Source: Alphaproteobacteria bacterium
GTDB taxonomy: Bacteria; Pseudomonadota; Alphaproteobacteria; Methylaequorales; Methylaequoraceae
DNA: 64,000 bases
Direction: 5' to 3'
NCBI GenBank assembly: GCA_045563015.1
Contig: JBJKUQ010000023.1
Location: forward strand, 5,030 to 69,029
Shown: positions 19,115 through 29,012 of the stretch, piece after piece
Numbering within the stretch: position 1 is the first letter of the stretch
How the letters are laid out: each line of letters starts with the position of its first letter
Position numbers and translations under genes: made by a program
The notes under the pieces: model-generated
Seen by the model: only the letters and a program-made list of their open reading frames with translations
Databases searched by the model: none
What the model was told of the DNA's origin: nothing

Positions 19115-20219
19115 ATGGAATTTACTGTATCAAAAAAAATCTCTCCTTGATTGTCTTAGCCATTTTCAAAGTGTTGTTGAAAGAAGAAATACAATTCCAA
19201 TATTGTCAAATATCAAGATCAATGTAATTGAAGGTGGTTTGAATTTAACGGCCACTGACCTTGCTATTGAAATGTCTGAAAGCTTATCAGCAAAAGTTTC
19301 TCAAGTTGGAGGAATAACTATACCGTCTTTGATGTTTTTTGACATAATAAGAAAAGCACCGGAGACCTCAGATATAACTTTAAAATTAGATGAAAAGAAT
19401 AGTTTGGTTTATATACTTTTTGGTGACTCTAAATTTTCTCTGCCAATTCTTCCTGTTGAGGACTTTCCAATTATGGATTCAAATAATTTAGATGTTAATG
19501 TCAATATGAAAGCTGGAGATTTTAAAAAATTAATAAATAATAGTAAATTTTGTATGGGTCTTGATGAGTCGAGACAATATCTTAATGGAATTTATTTACA
19601 CACAAATGGAGAATCGGTATTAGCAGTAGCTACAGATGGCCATAGATTATCAAAATGTACGGTTAACGAGAATATTAGCCAATCATTTGATGGAATTATA
19701 ATTCCTAAGAAGGCAGTTATTGAAATTTCAAAGATACTTGAAAGTTATGATGGTGCAGTTACTATAAATTTTTCTAAAACAAGAATTAAAATTATTTTTG
19801 GTAGTGTTCAAATGGTGTCTAAACTTATTAATGCATCATTTCCTGATTATGAGAGTGTGATTCCAAAAGATAATGACCAGATAATGGTTGTTGATTGCAA
19901 AAGCTTTAGTGAGACAATTGACAGAGTTTCGACAATATCAGATGAAAAGTTTAGAACGGTTAAATTCGAGATTTCAAATAACAATTGTACAGTTAGTTCA
20001 TTTGGCAATGATAAATCAATTGGAACGGAAAATGTTACAGTTGCGTTTTCGGGATCACAAGTATCAATCAATTTTAACGCACGTTATATTCTTGATGTTC
20101 TCGGGATAATAAAAACTGGGAAGGTCAAGTTTCATTTTTCTCAAAAAACTGCTCCTACAATTCTTGAAAGTGATGTTGTCAAAAACAATCTTTTTTTGAT
20201 AATGCAAATGAGATCTTAG
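19115..20219 (+). CDS. dnaN: DNA polymerase III beta sliding clamp, N-terminal 8 codons out of frame with the body
   Basis: MEFTVSKK starts 1 nt after the dnaA stop. The conserved LLDCLSHFQSVVERRNTIPILSN continues in the frame of the 19203..20219 ORF. The junction is an A8 run at 19132-19139. Confidence 0.88.
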
Positions 20220-20227
20220 ATTTATAT

Positions 20228-21374
20228 ATGGGTTCGAATATTAGAATTGAAAAACTAATATTGCACTATTACCGGAATCATAAATTCCTTGATTTGGATC
20301 TTGAAAAAAAATATGGTTTTACTTTGTGGTAAGAATGGCTCAGGCAAGACAAATATATTGGAATCAATTTCTCTTTTAAATTCAAATACCGGATTAAAAA
20401 AATCTAATTTAAAGGAAATTATTAATGATAAACTAGATGGCCCAATTGAATTATTTGGAGTAAATGTTCAATGTAATGTGAATAAAAAAAAAATAAAAAT
20501 AGGTATGGGAATAAAAAAAAATAATGAAAGTTTTAAGAAGGTTTTAAGGATTCAAAGTGATAAGTATAAAGATAAAGTTGAAGATATAATTAATACATTT
20601 TGGATTGTACCCAAAACCACTTTTCTTTTTCAGAATAATTCAGAGGATAGAAGAGGCTTTCTTGATAATATGATTTCATCCGTAGATAGTGATTATAAAA
20701 AAAGTCTGAGTAATTATGATAAATTTAAAAGCGAAAGAATAAAAATACTTAAAAGATGGAATAATAACCAGTTAGAGTGGGTTAAACTCATTGAAAAGAA
20801 GCTTGCTTCCTACGGAGTAATCATTTGTGATGCAAGAAGAAATTTTTTAAAAGAATTAAATCAAAACTTAGAGACCTTTAGTTCTATATTTCCAAGTTTA
20901 CAACTGGAATTAAGTGGTGAATTAGACAGACTTCTTTTAAAAAGTCCTGCTGTTGAAGTGGAGGATTTTTTCTTAAGAAAACTAGAAGAAAATAGAAATA
21001 AAGACACCCTCATGGGTAAAACAAATTTCAGTGTTAATAAAACAGATTTAATAGCATTTGAAGTAAATTCAATGGTAGATGCTAGAAGTTTTTCAACTGG
21101 CGAACAAAAAGTAATTATTTTTTCAATTATTTTTTCTTTCATTAAATTCTTAGAATCAAAGTCTAACTTAAATATTGTTTTTTTATTAGATGATGTTTTT
21201 TCTTTTCTTGATGACAAACATATTTTGATTGTTTTAGAAAAGTTACATCAATTAAATGTCCAAACTTTTTTAACAGATGTAAAAGGAGATTGGATATTAA
21301 AAGATAAGAAATTTGGAAAGATTATTCATAAGATAAATATTGATGATAAAAGGTTTAAAGTTGATAATATTTAG
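20228..21374 (+). CDS. recF: DNA replication/repair protein RecF, N-terminal about 27 codons out of frame with the body
   Basis: MGSNIRIEKLILHYYRNHKFLDLDLEK (the RecF N-terminal strand pattern) is in one frame. The Walker A GKNGSGKTN and the rest are in the frame of the track ORF. The junction is an A8 run at 20304-20311. Confidence 0.85.
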
Positions 21375-21409
21375 TTATACTATGCTTACAAAAAAGATTA
21401 GGTTAAGTT

Positions 21410-23827
21410 TTGGAAGCAAAAAATATTAAAGAAAATTCCCCAGATTATGATGCCGAATCAATAAAGGTTCTTAAGGGTCTTGATGCAGTAAGAAAAAGGC
21501 CTGGTATGTATATTGGAGATACGGATGATGGTTCTGGCCTTCATCACATGGTATATGAAGTTGTAGACAATTCAATTGACGAAGCTTTAGCTGGTTTTTG
21601 TGATAAAATAACAGTTAAGCTTAATATTGATAACTCAGTTACGGTTACTGATAATGGAAGAGGTATACCCATAAATATTCATAAAGGTGAAGGTGTATCA
21701 GCTGCAGAAGTAATAATGACACAATTACACGCAGGTGGAAAGTTTGATCAAAATTCCTACAAGGTATCCGGTGGGTTACATGGTGTTGGCGTATCTGTTG
21801 TAAATGCTTTATCTAAAAAGTTAGAATTAACAATTAATAGGGAAGGAAAAAAGTATTTCCTTAAATTCTTAGATGGAAAACCAGAATCACCACTTAAAGA
21901 AATTGGTGATGCAAGTGAGAGTGGAACGGAGATTACATTTTTTCCATCAGAAGAGACTTTTAGTCTAACAAAATTTGATTTCAATAAACTTGAGTCAAGG
22001 CTTCGTGAGTTAGCATTTCTTAACTCAGGGGTTAATATTAAGCTTATTGATGACAGAGGTACAGAACCAAGAGTTTCTGAATTATCCTCAAGGGGTGGAC
22101 TCAAGGCTTACGTAAAATTTCTTGATAAATCAAGAGATTCAGTGATTAATGATGTTATTTATTTTAAGGGTGTTAGTGAGAATATTAATATAGAAATGGC
22201 TTTACAATGGAATAAATCTTATTACGAACACTGTCTGGTTTTTACTAATAATATTCCTCAAAGAGATGGAGGGACACATCTTGCGGGTTTTAGGTCAGCT
22301 CTCACGAGAACTGTAAATTCTGCTGTTAATAATTTGAGCCTTCAAAAAAGAGAGAAGATAGCGCTATCTGGTGAGGATGCACGTGAAGGGCTTACTTGTA
22401 TATTATCTGTAAAGGTTCCAGACCCAAAATTTTCTTCTCAAACGAAAGATAAGCTAGTTTCATCTGAAGTAAGACCCGTTGTTGAATCACTTGTTTCAGA
22501 AAACTTAACAAATTGGTTTGAAGAAAATCCTAAGGATGCAAAATTAGTTATAACAAAAGTCTTTGAGGCTGCTACAGCACGAGAAGCAGCGAGGAAAGCT
22601 AGAGAAGTTTCAAGAAAAAATACAGGTTCGGAGATAAGCTCATTGCCTGGAAAGCTTGCAGACTGTCAGGACAAGTCTGCTGAAAATTGTGAATTATTCA
22701 TTGTTGAAGGAGATTCTGCAGGTGGTTCAGCAAAACAAGCGAGAGATAGAAAAAATCAAGCAGTTTTGCCATTAAAAGGAAAGATACTTAATACTGAGAA
22801 GGCTCGAGATGATAAGATTGTCAGTTCTGCAGAAATAGCTACCCTTATACAAGCAATTGGTGCTGGCTACACACCTGATTTTAAATTAGAGAATTTAAGA
22901 TATCATAAAATCATTATTATGACTGATGCAGATGTCGATGGATCCCATATAAGAACGTTATTACTTACTTTTTTTTATAGACACATGCCAGAATTAATTA
23001 AAAACGGCTATGTGTATATCGCACAGCCTCCTCTTTATAGAATTAAGAAAGGAAAAATGGAGCTTTATTTAAAAGATGATCAAGAGCTCGAGAATTTTTT
23101 TGTTAATGATCTTGTTGAACAATCAATTCTAGTTCAAAAAAATGGTTCATCAGTTAAAGGCAAAGACCTTGGGACAATTTTTAGTTCTTTGATTAATTTG
23201 GATAAGTTGATAAGTATGATATCAGCTGGCAATGATAGTTTTTACTTCTTATTAGAACAAGCAACCATTAGCAATCTTTTTAATATTGAAAACTTTAGTA
23301 GCGTTAAAAAGTCTGAAGAGACAATTGATTATCTTTTGAAAAGATTAAACTTTCGTGATCAAACGTGGTCAGCAAAAATTAAAGATGAGAATTCATTAAT
23401 TTTTTCAAAAAAAGAAAATAAAGTAACTGAGGAGTTTACCCTAAATATAAGCGAGTTTGAGAGTATAAATTTTTCTAATTTGAAAAAATTTAGCTCATTA
23501 ATTCAAGAATACTTTTTAAGCCCTTCAACTCTTAAAGTGAATGAAGATCAATTTGATATTTTCTCTCCCAAAGACTTTCTCTCAAAAGGTATGGATCTTT
23601 CAAAAAAAGGTATGACTTTTCAAAGGTATAAAGGGCTTGGTGAAATGAACCCTGACCAACTTTGGGAAACAACTCTTGATCCGGAGTATAGGTCGATTCT
23701 TCAAGTAAATATTAGTGACGCTCAAAGAGCTGATGAGATTTTTGAGGAGCTAATGGGTGACGATGTTGAAAAAAGAAAGATTTTCATTCAATCAAATGCA
23801 CAAAAGGTTGTAAATCTAGATGTATAG
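21410..23827 (+). CDS. gyrB: DNA gyrase subunit B
   Basis: GLDAVRKRPGMYIGDT, the Toprim motifs EGDSAGG and DADVDGSHI, and the C-terminal QRYKGLGEMNP. It has a TTG start. Confidence 0.97.
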   Translation: MEAKNIKENSPDYDAESIKVLKGLDAVRKRPGMYIGDTDDGSGLHHMVYEVVDNSIDEALAGFCDKITVKLNIDNSVTVTDNGRGIPINIHKGEGVSAAEVIMTQLHAGGKFDQNSYKVSGGLHGVGVSVVNALSKKLELTINREGKKYFLKFLDGKPESPLKEIGDASESGTEITFFPSEETFSLTKFDFNKLESRLRELAFLNSGVNIKLIDDRGTEPRVSELSSRGGLKAYVKFLDKSRDSVINDVIYFKGVSENINIEMALQWNKSYYEHCLVFTNNIPQRDGGTHLAGFRSALTRTVNSAVNNLSLQKREKIALSGEDAREGLTCILSVKVPDPKFSSQTKDKLVSSEVRPVVESLVSENLTNWFEENPKDAKLVITKVFEAATAREAARKAREVSRKNTGSEISSLPGKLADCQDKSAENCELFIVEGDSAGGSAKQARDRKNQAVLPLKGKILNTEKARDDKIVSSAEIATLIQAIGAGYTPDFKLENLRYHKIIIMTDADVDGSHIRTLLLTFFYRHMPELIKNGYVYIAQPPLYRIKKGKMELYLKDDQELENFFVNDLVEQSILVQKNGSSVKGKDLGTIFSSLINLDKLISMISAGNDSFYFLLEQATISNLFNIENFSSVKKSEETIDYLLKRLNFRDQTWSAKIKDENSLIFSKKENKVTEEFTLNISEFESINFSNLKKFSSLIQEYFLSPSTLKVNEDQFDIFSPKDFLSKGMDLSKKGMTFQRYKGLGEMNPDQLWETTLDPEYRSILQVNISDAQRADEIFEELMGDDVEKRKIFIQSNAQKVVNLDV

Positions 23828-23868
23828 AATGAAAATTTGTAAGATAAACATTATGAAATGACCACTCT

Positions 23869-25746
23869 GTGAAATTAATAAAATGGTCTTTTTTATTAAT
23901 TATTTGGATGATACTTTTCCTTAGTATCGCTGTAACTTGGTCTTTATTAAATCTTCCAGAAACGGAATCAATTCAGATTTCAAGACAGCCAAGTATTACA
24001 TTTTTAGATAAACAGGGAAGAATTATAGCCTCATATGGAGATATATATGGACAGACAATTCAATTTAAAAATCTACCAAAAAATCTTATTAATGCTGTAA
24101 TCGTTACAGAAGATCAAAGTTTTTTCTCCCATTTTGGTGTTGATCCGAAAGGTATAGCAAGAGCAGTTTATGTTAATTTAAAAGCTGGAAAAATTGTTCA
24201 GGGTGGAAGTACTATTACTCAACAACTTGCAAAAAACCTTTTTTTAACTCCTGAAAGGTCCTTTACAAGAAAACTTCACGAATTAATTTTAAGTTTTTGG
24301 TTAGAGATGAGATTTTCCAAAGAACAAATTTTAAGTATTTACTTAAATAGAGTTTATCTTGGTTCGGGAACATATGGTGTTCAAGCTGCTTCAGAAAAAT
24401 ATTTTAATAAAAAAGTTGAAGAACTTAACTTATATGAGTGTGCACTCATAGCAAGTTTACTTAAGGCACCTTCTAGATATAATCCAATAGCTAACCAAAA
24501 ATTATCTAGAGTTAGAACCTCAAAAGTTTTAGAAAATATGGCAAAGAACAAATTAATAAGCCTAAAGAGTGTTTCTGATGCAAAGTTAAGTAACAAAAAA
24601 TATGATAAATTTACTTCAGCACCAAAAAGTACAAGATATTTTGTTGATTGGCTGTTACCTAGAGTTAAATTATATCTTGGAGAAATAAATGAGGATTTAA
24701 TAGTTAGAACAACTTTAGATGTTAAGCTTCAAGGTATAGCTGAGGAATCCGTAAATAACGTAACTGAAAAGTTCAAGTCTGCTGATCAGTCTGCACTTGT
24801 AACATTAGGGATGAATGGAGGAGTTTTAGCAATGATTGGTGGTAGAGATTATGGAGACTCTCAATTCAATAGAGTTACTCAAGCCCAAAGACAACCTGGA
24901 TCAGCATTTAAAATTTTTGTTTATTTAGCAGGTATTTTAAGTGGTTATTCTCCTAGTGATTTGATTGTTGACTCAGAAATAGATATTAATGGTTGGTCCC
25001 CTCAAAATTATAAAAAGGAATATAAAGGAGAAGTTTCTTTGAATGAAGCTTTTTCAAAATCAATTAACACAGTTGCGGTAAAATTGTCAGAGGGAATTGG
25101 CAGGGAAAATGTTATAAAAATGGCAAGAGCAATGGGTGTAAATAGTCCAATTTTGAATTCTCCATCTTTAGCACTGGGTACTTCTGAGGTAAACTTACTA
25201 GAATTAACATCTGCCTACAATATACTAGCAAATAATGGGAATGGAGTATTTGTTCATGGCATAAGATCAATAGAAAATACTTCAGGAAAAGTTCTTTTTA
25301 TGAGAGAAGGACAAGGTCCTGGAAAGATACTTGATGATACTGTAGTTTCAATAATGACAAAGATGATGGAATCTACAATAGAAAGTGGTACTGGAAGAAA
25401 AGCAAAAATTAATAGACCTGCAGCAGGCAAGACTGGAACTAGTCAATCACTTAGAGATGCGTGGTTTATTGGATTTACTTCAGATTTGGTTGTCGGCGTT
25501 TGGTTTGGTAATGATGATGATTCCCCAATGGAAAACATTACAGGAGGAACAGCACCAGCAATACTTTGGAGTAACTTTATGAAAAAGGCACATTCTGGTA
25601 TACCCGTTAAAGTTTTAAATTATGCTAGTGAAAAAAATAAAAAAATATTAAGACGTGATGAAAGAATAAGAAATATTATTAATAAGGCTGATAAGTACAA
25701 AAGTCAGAAAAACGTATTTGAAAAAATATTAGAGAGCTTATTTTAG
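23869..25746 (+). CDS. mrcA: class A penicillin-binding protein (glycosyltransferase + transpeptidase)
   Basis: GT51 motif EDQSFFSHFGVD. Transpeptidase motifs SAFK and KTGTS. It has an N-terminal TM anchor and a GTG start. Confidence 0.9.
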   Translation: MKLIKWSFLLIIWMILFLSIAVTWSLLNLPETESIQISRQPSITFLDKQGRIIASYGDIYGQTIQFKNLPKNLINAVIVTEDQSFFSHFGVDPKGIARAVYVNLKAGKIVQGGSTITQQLAKNLFLTPERSFTRKLHELILSFWLEMRFSKEQILSIYLNRVYLGSGTYGVQAASEKYFNKKVEELNLYECALIASLLKAPSRYNPIANQKLSRVRTSKVLENMAKNKLISLKSVSDAKLSNKKYDKFTSAPKSTRYFVDWLLPRVKLYLGEINEDLIVRTTLDVKLQGIAEESVNNVTEKFKSADQSALVTLGMNGGVLAMIGGRDYGDSQFNRVTQAQRQPGSAFKIFVYLAGILSGYSPSDLIVDSEIDINGWSPQNYKKEYKGEVSLNEAFSKSINTVAVKLSEGIGRENVIKMARAMGVNSPILNSPSLALGTSEVNLLELTSAYNILANNGNGVFVHGIRSIENTSGKVLFMREGQGPGKILDDTVVSIMTKMMESTIESGTGRKAKINRPAAGKTGTSQSLRDAWFIGFTSDLVVGVWFGNDDDSPMENITGGTAPAILWSNFMKKAHSGIPVKVLNYASEKNKKILRRDERIRNIINKADKYKSQKNVFEKILESLF

Positions 25747-26337
25747 ATATGTATTAAATGAATCTTGATTTAATTCAGCAGGTCTCAAAAAAGTTAAATA
25801 TTGATCCTTTTCATTTAATAGGAAAATTAACGAACTGTGATCTACAAGATAATCAACATCATCTCTACCTGATTTATTGAGTTTTACATAAATTTTAAAT
25901 TTTTTTATAATTTTTTTTATTTCATCTTCAGAACCTGTAAGTCCAGTAAGTGAATTATCAAAATTATTTAAAAAATCTTTTATTACATCAATCGTGTCTC
26001 TAGAAGGGTCAACTGTTATAAATAAAGGTATAATATTTTCTCTAATTTTTTTGTCATTTTTAAATATTGTTGAAATTTTAAGTAAATCAAAGGGACAAAT
26101 ATCAGGGCAATAAGTGTAACCAAAATAAATTAACTTTTTTTTATTAAAATCTTTTGAGTTAAAAACTTCACCATTTTGATCTATCAATTTAAAGCTTCCC
26201 CCAATGTTTTCTTTTGGATAATTTTTTTTTGACGCTATTTGATTAATAACAAACAAGCTAATCCCTATAAACAGAATAAGCAGGATCATTGAATTAATAT
26301 TTTTCTTAAATATTCTTTTATATTTTGGCATCTTCAA
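25738..26337 (-). CDS. SCO1/SenC-family copper chaperone
   Basis: CPDICP motif in a thioredoxin-like fold after a TM anchor. Confidence 0.88.
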   Translation of the reverse strand: MKMPKYKRIFKKNINSMILLILFIGISLFVINQIASKKNYPKENIGGSFKLIDQNGEVFNSKDFNKKKLIYFGYTYCPDICPFDLLKISTIFKNDKKIRENIIPLFITVDPSRDTIDVIKDFLNNFDNSLTGLTGSEDEIKKIIKKFKIYVKLNKSGRDDVDYLVDHSSLIFLLNEKDQYLTFLRPAELNQDSFNTYLK

Positions 26338-26980
26338 TAATAATATAAGTACTGAGGAGTTTTTTTTCTAATTTTATTTGTCGGAAGAATTTCAGATTTT
26401 TTCCGTCACTAAAAATCGTATATTTAAATTTTTTTGATTTTTTACAATGAATATATTTTTCAATTTCAATCAGAATTGATTTGTTTAAAACTTTTAAGAT
26501 TAGCTTCTCGAATTTACCTTTGTTAAGAAACTTTTTTAGCTTATCTTTTGAAGACGGGGTAAAAAAGCTGAAAGATGAATTAGTTTTTCTGTTAGTTAGA
26601 AAATGTTTTTTTTTGTTCAGTGTATTAACTACATCGATAATACCTAAAATCCTTTCAACTTTTATTTTTTTTTCTTTAAAAAAGATATCAATTTCCTTGT
26701 TAGTATTTAATAGAGGGTCATCAGGTATTAGATATGAAATAGTATTGAAATCATTAAATAGTATCCAAATTTTATTTAATAAATTTTCTAAGTTTTGAGA
26801 AAGATATTCAACATAAAAAAAATTCTTTTTATTTTTTATGAAAATTTTACGGAAATTTTTGTGATATAAATGCGAAAAGATTATGATATCACTATCTGAT
26901 ATTTTTTTAAAACTTTCTAATGTTAAATCAAAAAAATCATTTGGGTTAGATCCGATGATATAGAATTTTTTTTTTACCAT
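26318..26980 (-). CDS. tetrapyrrole (corrin/porphyrin) methylase-like protein, divergent
   Basis: FYIIGSNPNDFFDLTLESFKKISDSDIIIFS aligns with the YLVGAGPGDPELLTLKA...ADVVLYD N-terminus of CobA/CysG-type methylases, but the G-x-G-x-G-D motif is degenerate. Very low GC. Confidence 0.4.
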   Translation of the reverse strand: MVKKKFYIIGSNPNDFFDLTLESFKKISDSDIIIFSHLYHKNFRKIFIKNKKNFFYVEYLSQNLENLLNKIWILFNDFNTISYLIPDDPLLNTNKEIDIFFKEKKIKVERILGIIDVVNTLNKKKHFLTNRKTNSSFSFFTPSSKDKLKKFLNKGKFEKLILKVLNKSILIEIEKYIHCKKSKKFKYTIFSDGKNLKFFRQIKLEKKLLSTYIIIEDAKI

Positions 26981-27013
26981 ACATAATCATACATGTGTTA
27001 GAATAATGATTAA

Positions 27014-27586
27014 ATGACAAAAAAAAACTGTAAATTTATTTTTATTTACTTAAGTTTTATATTATTGAATTTTAAGGTTTTGGCACTTGATGATAGTGAT
27101 ATTTTTTTTGAGTCTGTTTTTTTTACAGCTGTTAAAAAATCTAATTACGACAAAGCAAGTGAACTTATTGAAAAGGGGATATCATTAAATATTTTTGATA
27201 GTGAGAATATGTCACTTCTTGCTTATGCATTAGCTAATGATGATGAACAAATGTTTGAACTTTTATTAAAAAATGGGGCTAATGTTAACGAGACAATTTT
27301 AGATAAAACTTCTTTACTTTCTTTTTACATTAAAAGTCAAAGAACTGAATTAATTGAGCAATTAATTAAGAATGGAGCTAACATTAATTTTCAAGATAGT
27401 ACTGGAATGACAGCTTTAATGCATGCTATTGAAAGTATGAACTTGAATGCAGTAAAAATTTTAATTAAATATGATTTTGAAACAAAACTAAATGATTATG
27501 CAGGAAAAACAATTTTTGATTATGCAAAAAACTCAAGAAACATTTATATAAGTGAATTAATCAAAGATTTTGAGGTTAGCTTTTAA
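27014..27586 (+). CDS. secreted ankyrin-repeat protein
   Basis: Signal peptide followed by about 4 ANK repeats (LLAYALANDDEQMFELLLKNGANVN; TALMHAIESMNLNAVKILIK). Confidence 0.8.
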   Translation: MTKKNCKFIFIYLSFILLNFKVLALDDSDIFFESVFFTAVKKSNYDKASELIEKGISLNIFDSENMSLLAYALANDDEQMFELLLKNGANVNETILDKTSLLSFYIKSQRTELIEQLIKNGANINFQDSTGMTALMHAIESMNLNAVKILIKYDFETKLNDYAGKTIFDYAKNSRNIYISELIKDFEVSF

Positions 27587-28255
27587 CTTTTTTACTAAAT
27601 ATATTTTCAACTCCCTAATATTGATTAACGGGCTTGAAATAAATACCTTTTCTTTTTTAATTGTTTTGAAGAATTTCATGATATTCTTTTGCAAAAAACC
27701 ATCAAAATATATTACTGGATGTATAAGAAAAAAAATGTTGGAATTACTAATGTTATGGATTTTTTCAACAAGTCCTTTGCTATTAGTTATAAAATCGAAA
27801 TGATAATCTTTAATATTTAATTCTGAGGCTAATTTTTTTGTATATTCCTCTAGTTCCTTAATAACACAATTTTCTTTACTCATTGAACTTAATGTAATCA
27901 ATATATTCTTTTGATTCTTTTTAATTTTTTTTTTCATATTTTTGACGACAATTGGCAAAAAGTCTTCTTGAAGAGATAATTTTTTAATAAGCCGAATTTT
28001 TTTTATATTTGAGAATTTTTTCAGTCTATTAGTGATATCACTTTTAAAATGTCGACCTTTAAAAAGAAAAAGTGGGAAAAAGAAGATTTTATCAAATTTT
28101 TTTATCACAGATGAAATACAATTATCAATTGATGGTTCACTTTTTTCTAAAAAGCAGTAATAACATTTAATACTTTTAATATTTTTATTAATATATTCTG
28201 TTAAATCTTCTAGATTTTTTCTATGTGCAATTGCCGAGGAACCATGTGAGCAAAT
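27557..28255 (-). CDS. CbiX/SirB-like (sirohydrochlorin chelatase family) protein, true start unclear
   Basis: The track ORF (27557..28108, GTG start) carries the PLFLFKGRHFKSDI motif. The family-typical N-terminus LIICSHGSS is open in the same frame upstream (to about 28255) but has no ATG, GTG or TTG start. Confidence 0.45.
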   Translation of the reverse strand: MCSHGSSAIAHRKNLEDLTEYINKNIKSIKCYYCFLEKSEPSIDNCISSVIKKFDKIFFFPLFLFKGRHFKSDITNRLKKFSNIKKIRLIKKLSLQEDFLPIVVKNMKKKIKKNQKNILITLSSMSKENCVIKELEEYTKKLASELNIKDYHFDFITNSKGLVEKIHNISNSNIFFLIHPVIYFDGFLQKNIMKFFKTIKKEKVFISSPLINIRELKIYLVKKLKANLKIFD

Positions 28256-28271
28256 TATTAAGGCATTTGAA

Positions 28272-28961
28272 TTAATTGTTATTATCCTTTGTAATTCTAT
28301 TAATAATTTTGATTAAGTTATTTGCTTCTTTTTTATTTTCGGTATTTCTAATTATATCATCAGGATTTAGTGATGAGCCATGAATAACCCTATTTAAATC
28401 ATTTCTTGGCTGCAAATAGGACCCTTCTACAGATGTTCCAAGGAATAAACCTTCATTATCTGAAAAAGAATAAACGTCTGCGAGCCTCAATGTACTTTCA
28501 GCAGAATATCCCGTTCCACCAGATACTATTACTGCATCAACATCGACACCTAATTTTACTCTTTCCTTTAAAATAGACTTTAATCCTCTGTGTGTCATTA
28601 TTGTCATAACGACCTTTCCAGACTTTGCACCTACTTGTAATCCGAAACTTAACCCTCCAATTGAATAAAAAAATGGCCCCGTAAAGTTATCTCCTTTTTT
28701 TATTAATAACAATCCATTTCCTCCTTTTGCACCAAAAAGGAAACTACCTTCATATACTTCAGGAAAAATTAAGATAGCTCTACATTTTTTTAGATAACTT
28801 TCAAAACTTTTAATATCTGTATTTTTGTGGAGTTTTTTTAAAGTAAATTCAGAGGATTGAATTAGATCAGCGACTATTAATTTTTTTTCGTTGTTTGCTG
28901 AAACAGTTGTAGCAAAAAAATAAAAAATTGAAAAAATTACTAGTTTAAACAAAACTCTCAT
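28272..28961 (-). CDS. secreted SYLF (Ysc84-like, DUF500) domain protein
   Basis: Signal peptide plus the glycine-rich pattern GAKGGNGLLL...SIGGLSFGLQVGA typical of SYLF domains. Confidence 0.6.
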   Translation of the reverse strand: MRVLFKLVIFSIFYFFATTVSANNEKKLIVADLIQSSEFTLKKLHKNTDIKSFESYLKKCRAILIFPEVYEGSFLFGAKGGNGLLLIKKGDNFTGPFFYSIGGLSFGLQVGAKSGKVVMTIMTHRGLKSILKERVKLGVDVDAVIVSGGTGYSAESTLRLADVYSFSDNEGLFLGTSVEGSYLQPRNDLNRVIHGSSLNPDDIIRNTENKKEANNLIKIINRITKDNNN

Positions 28962-29012
28962 GAATAAGTACTGTTAATTAAATATACTTTTATTATACTT
29001 ATCATAAAATTA

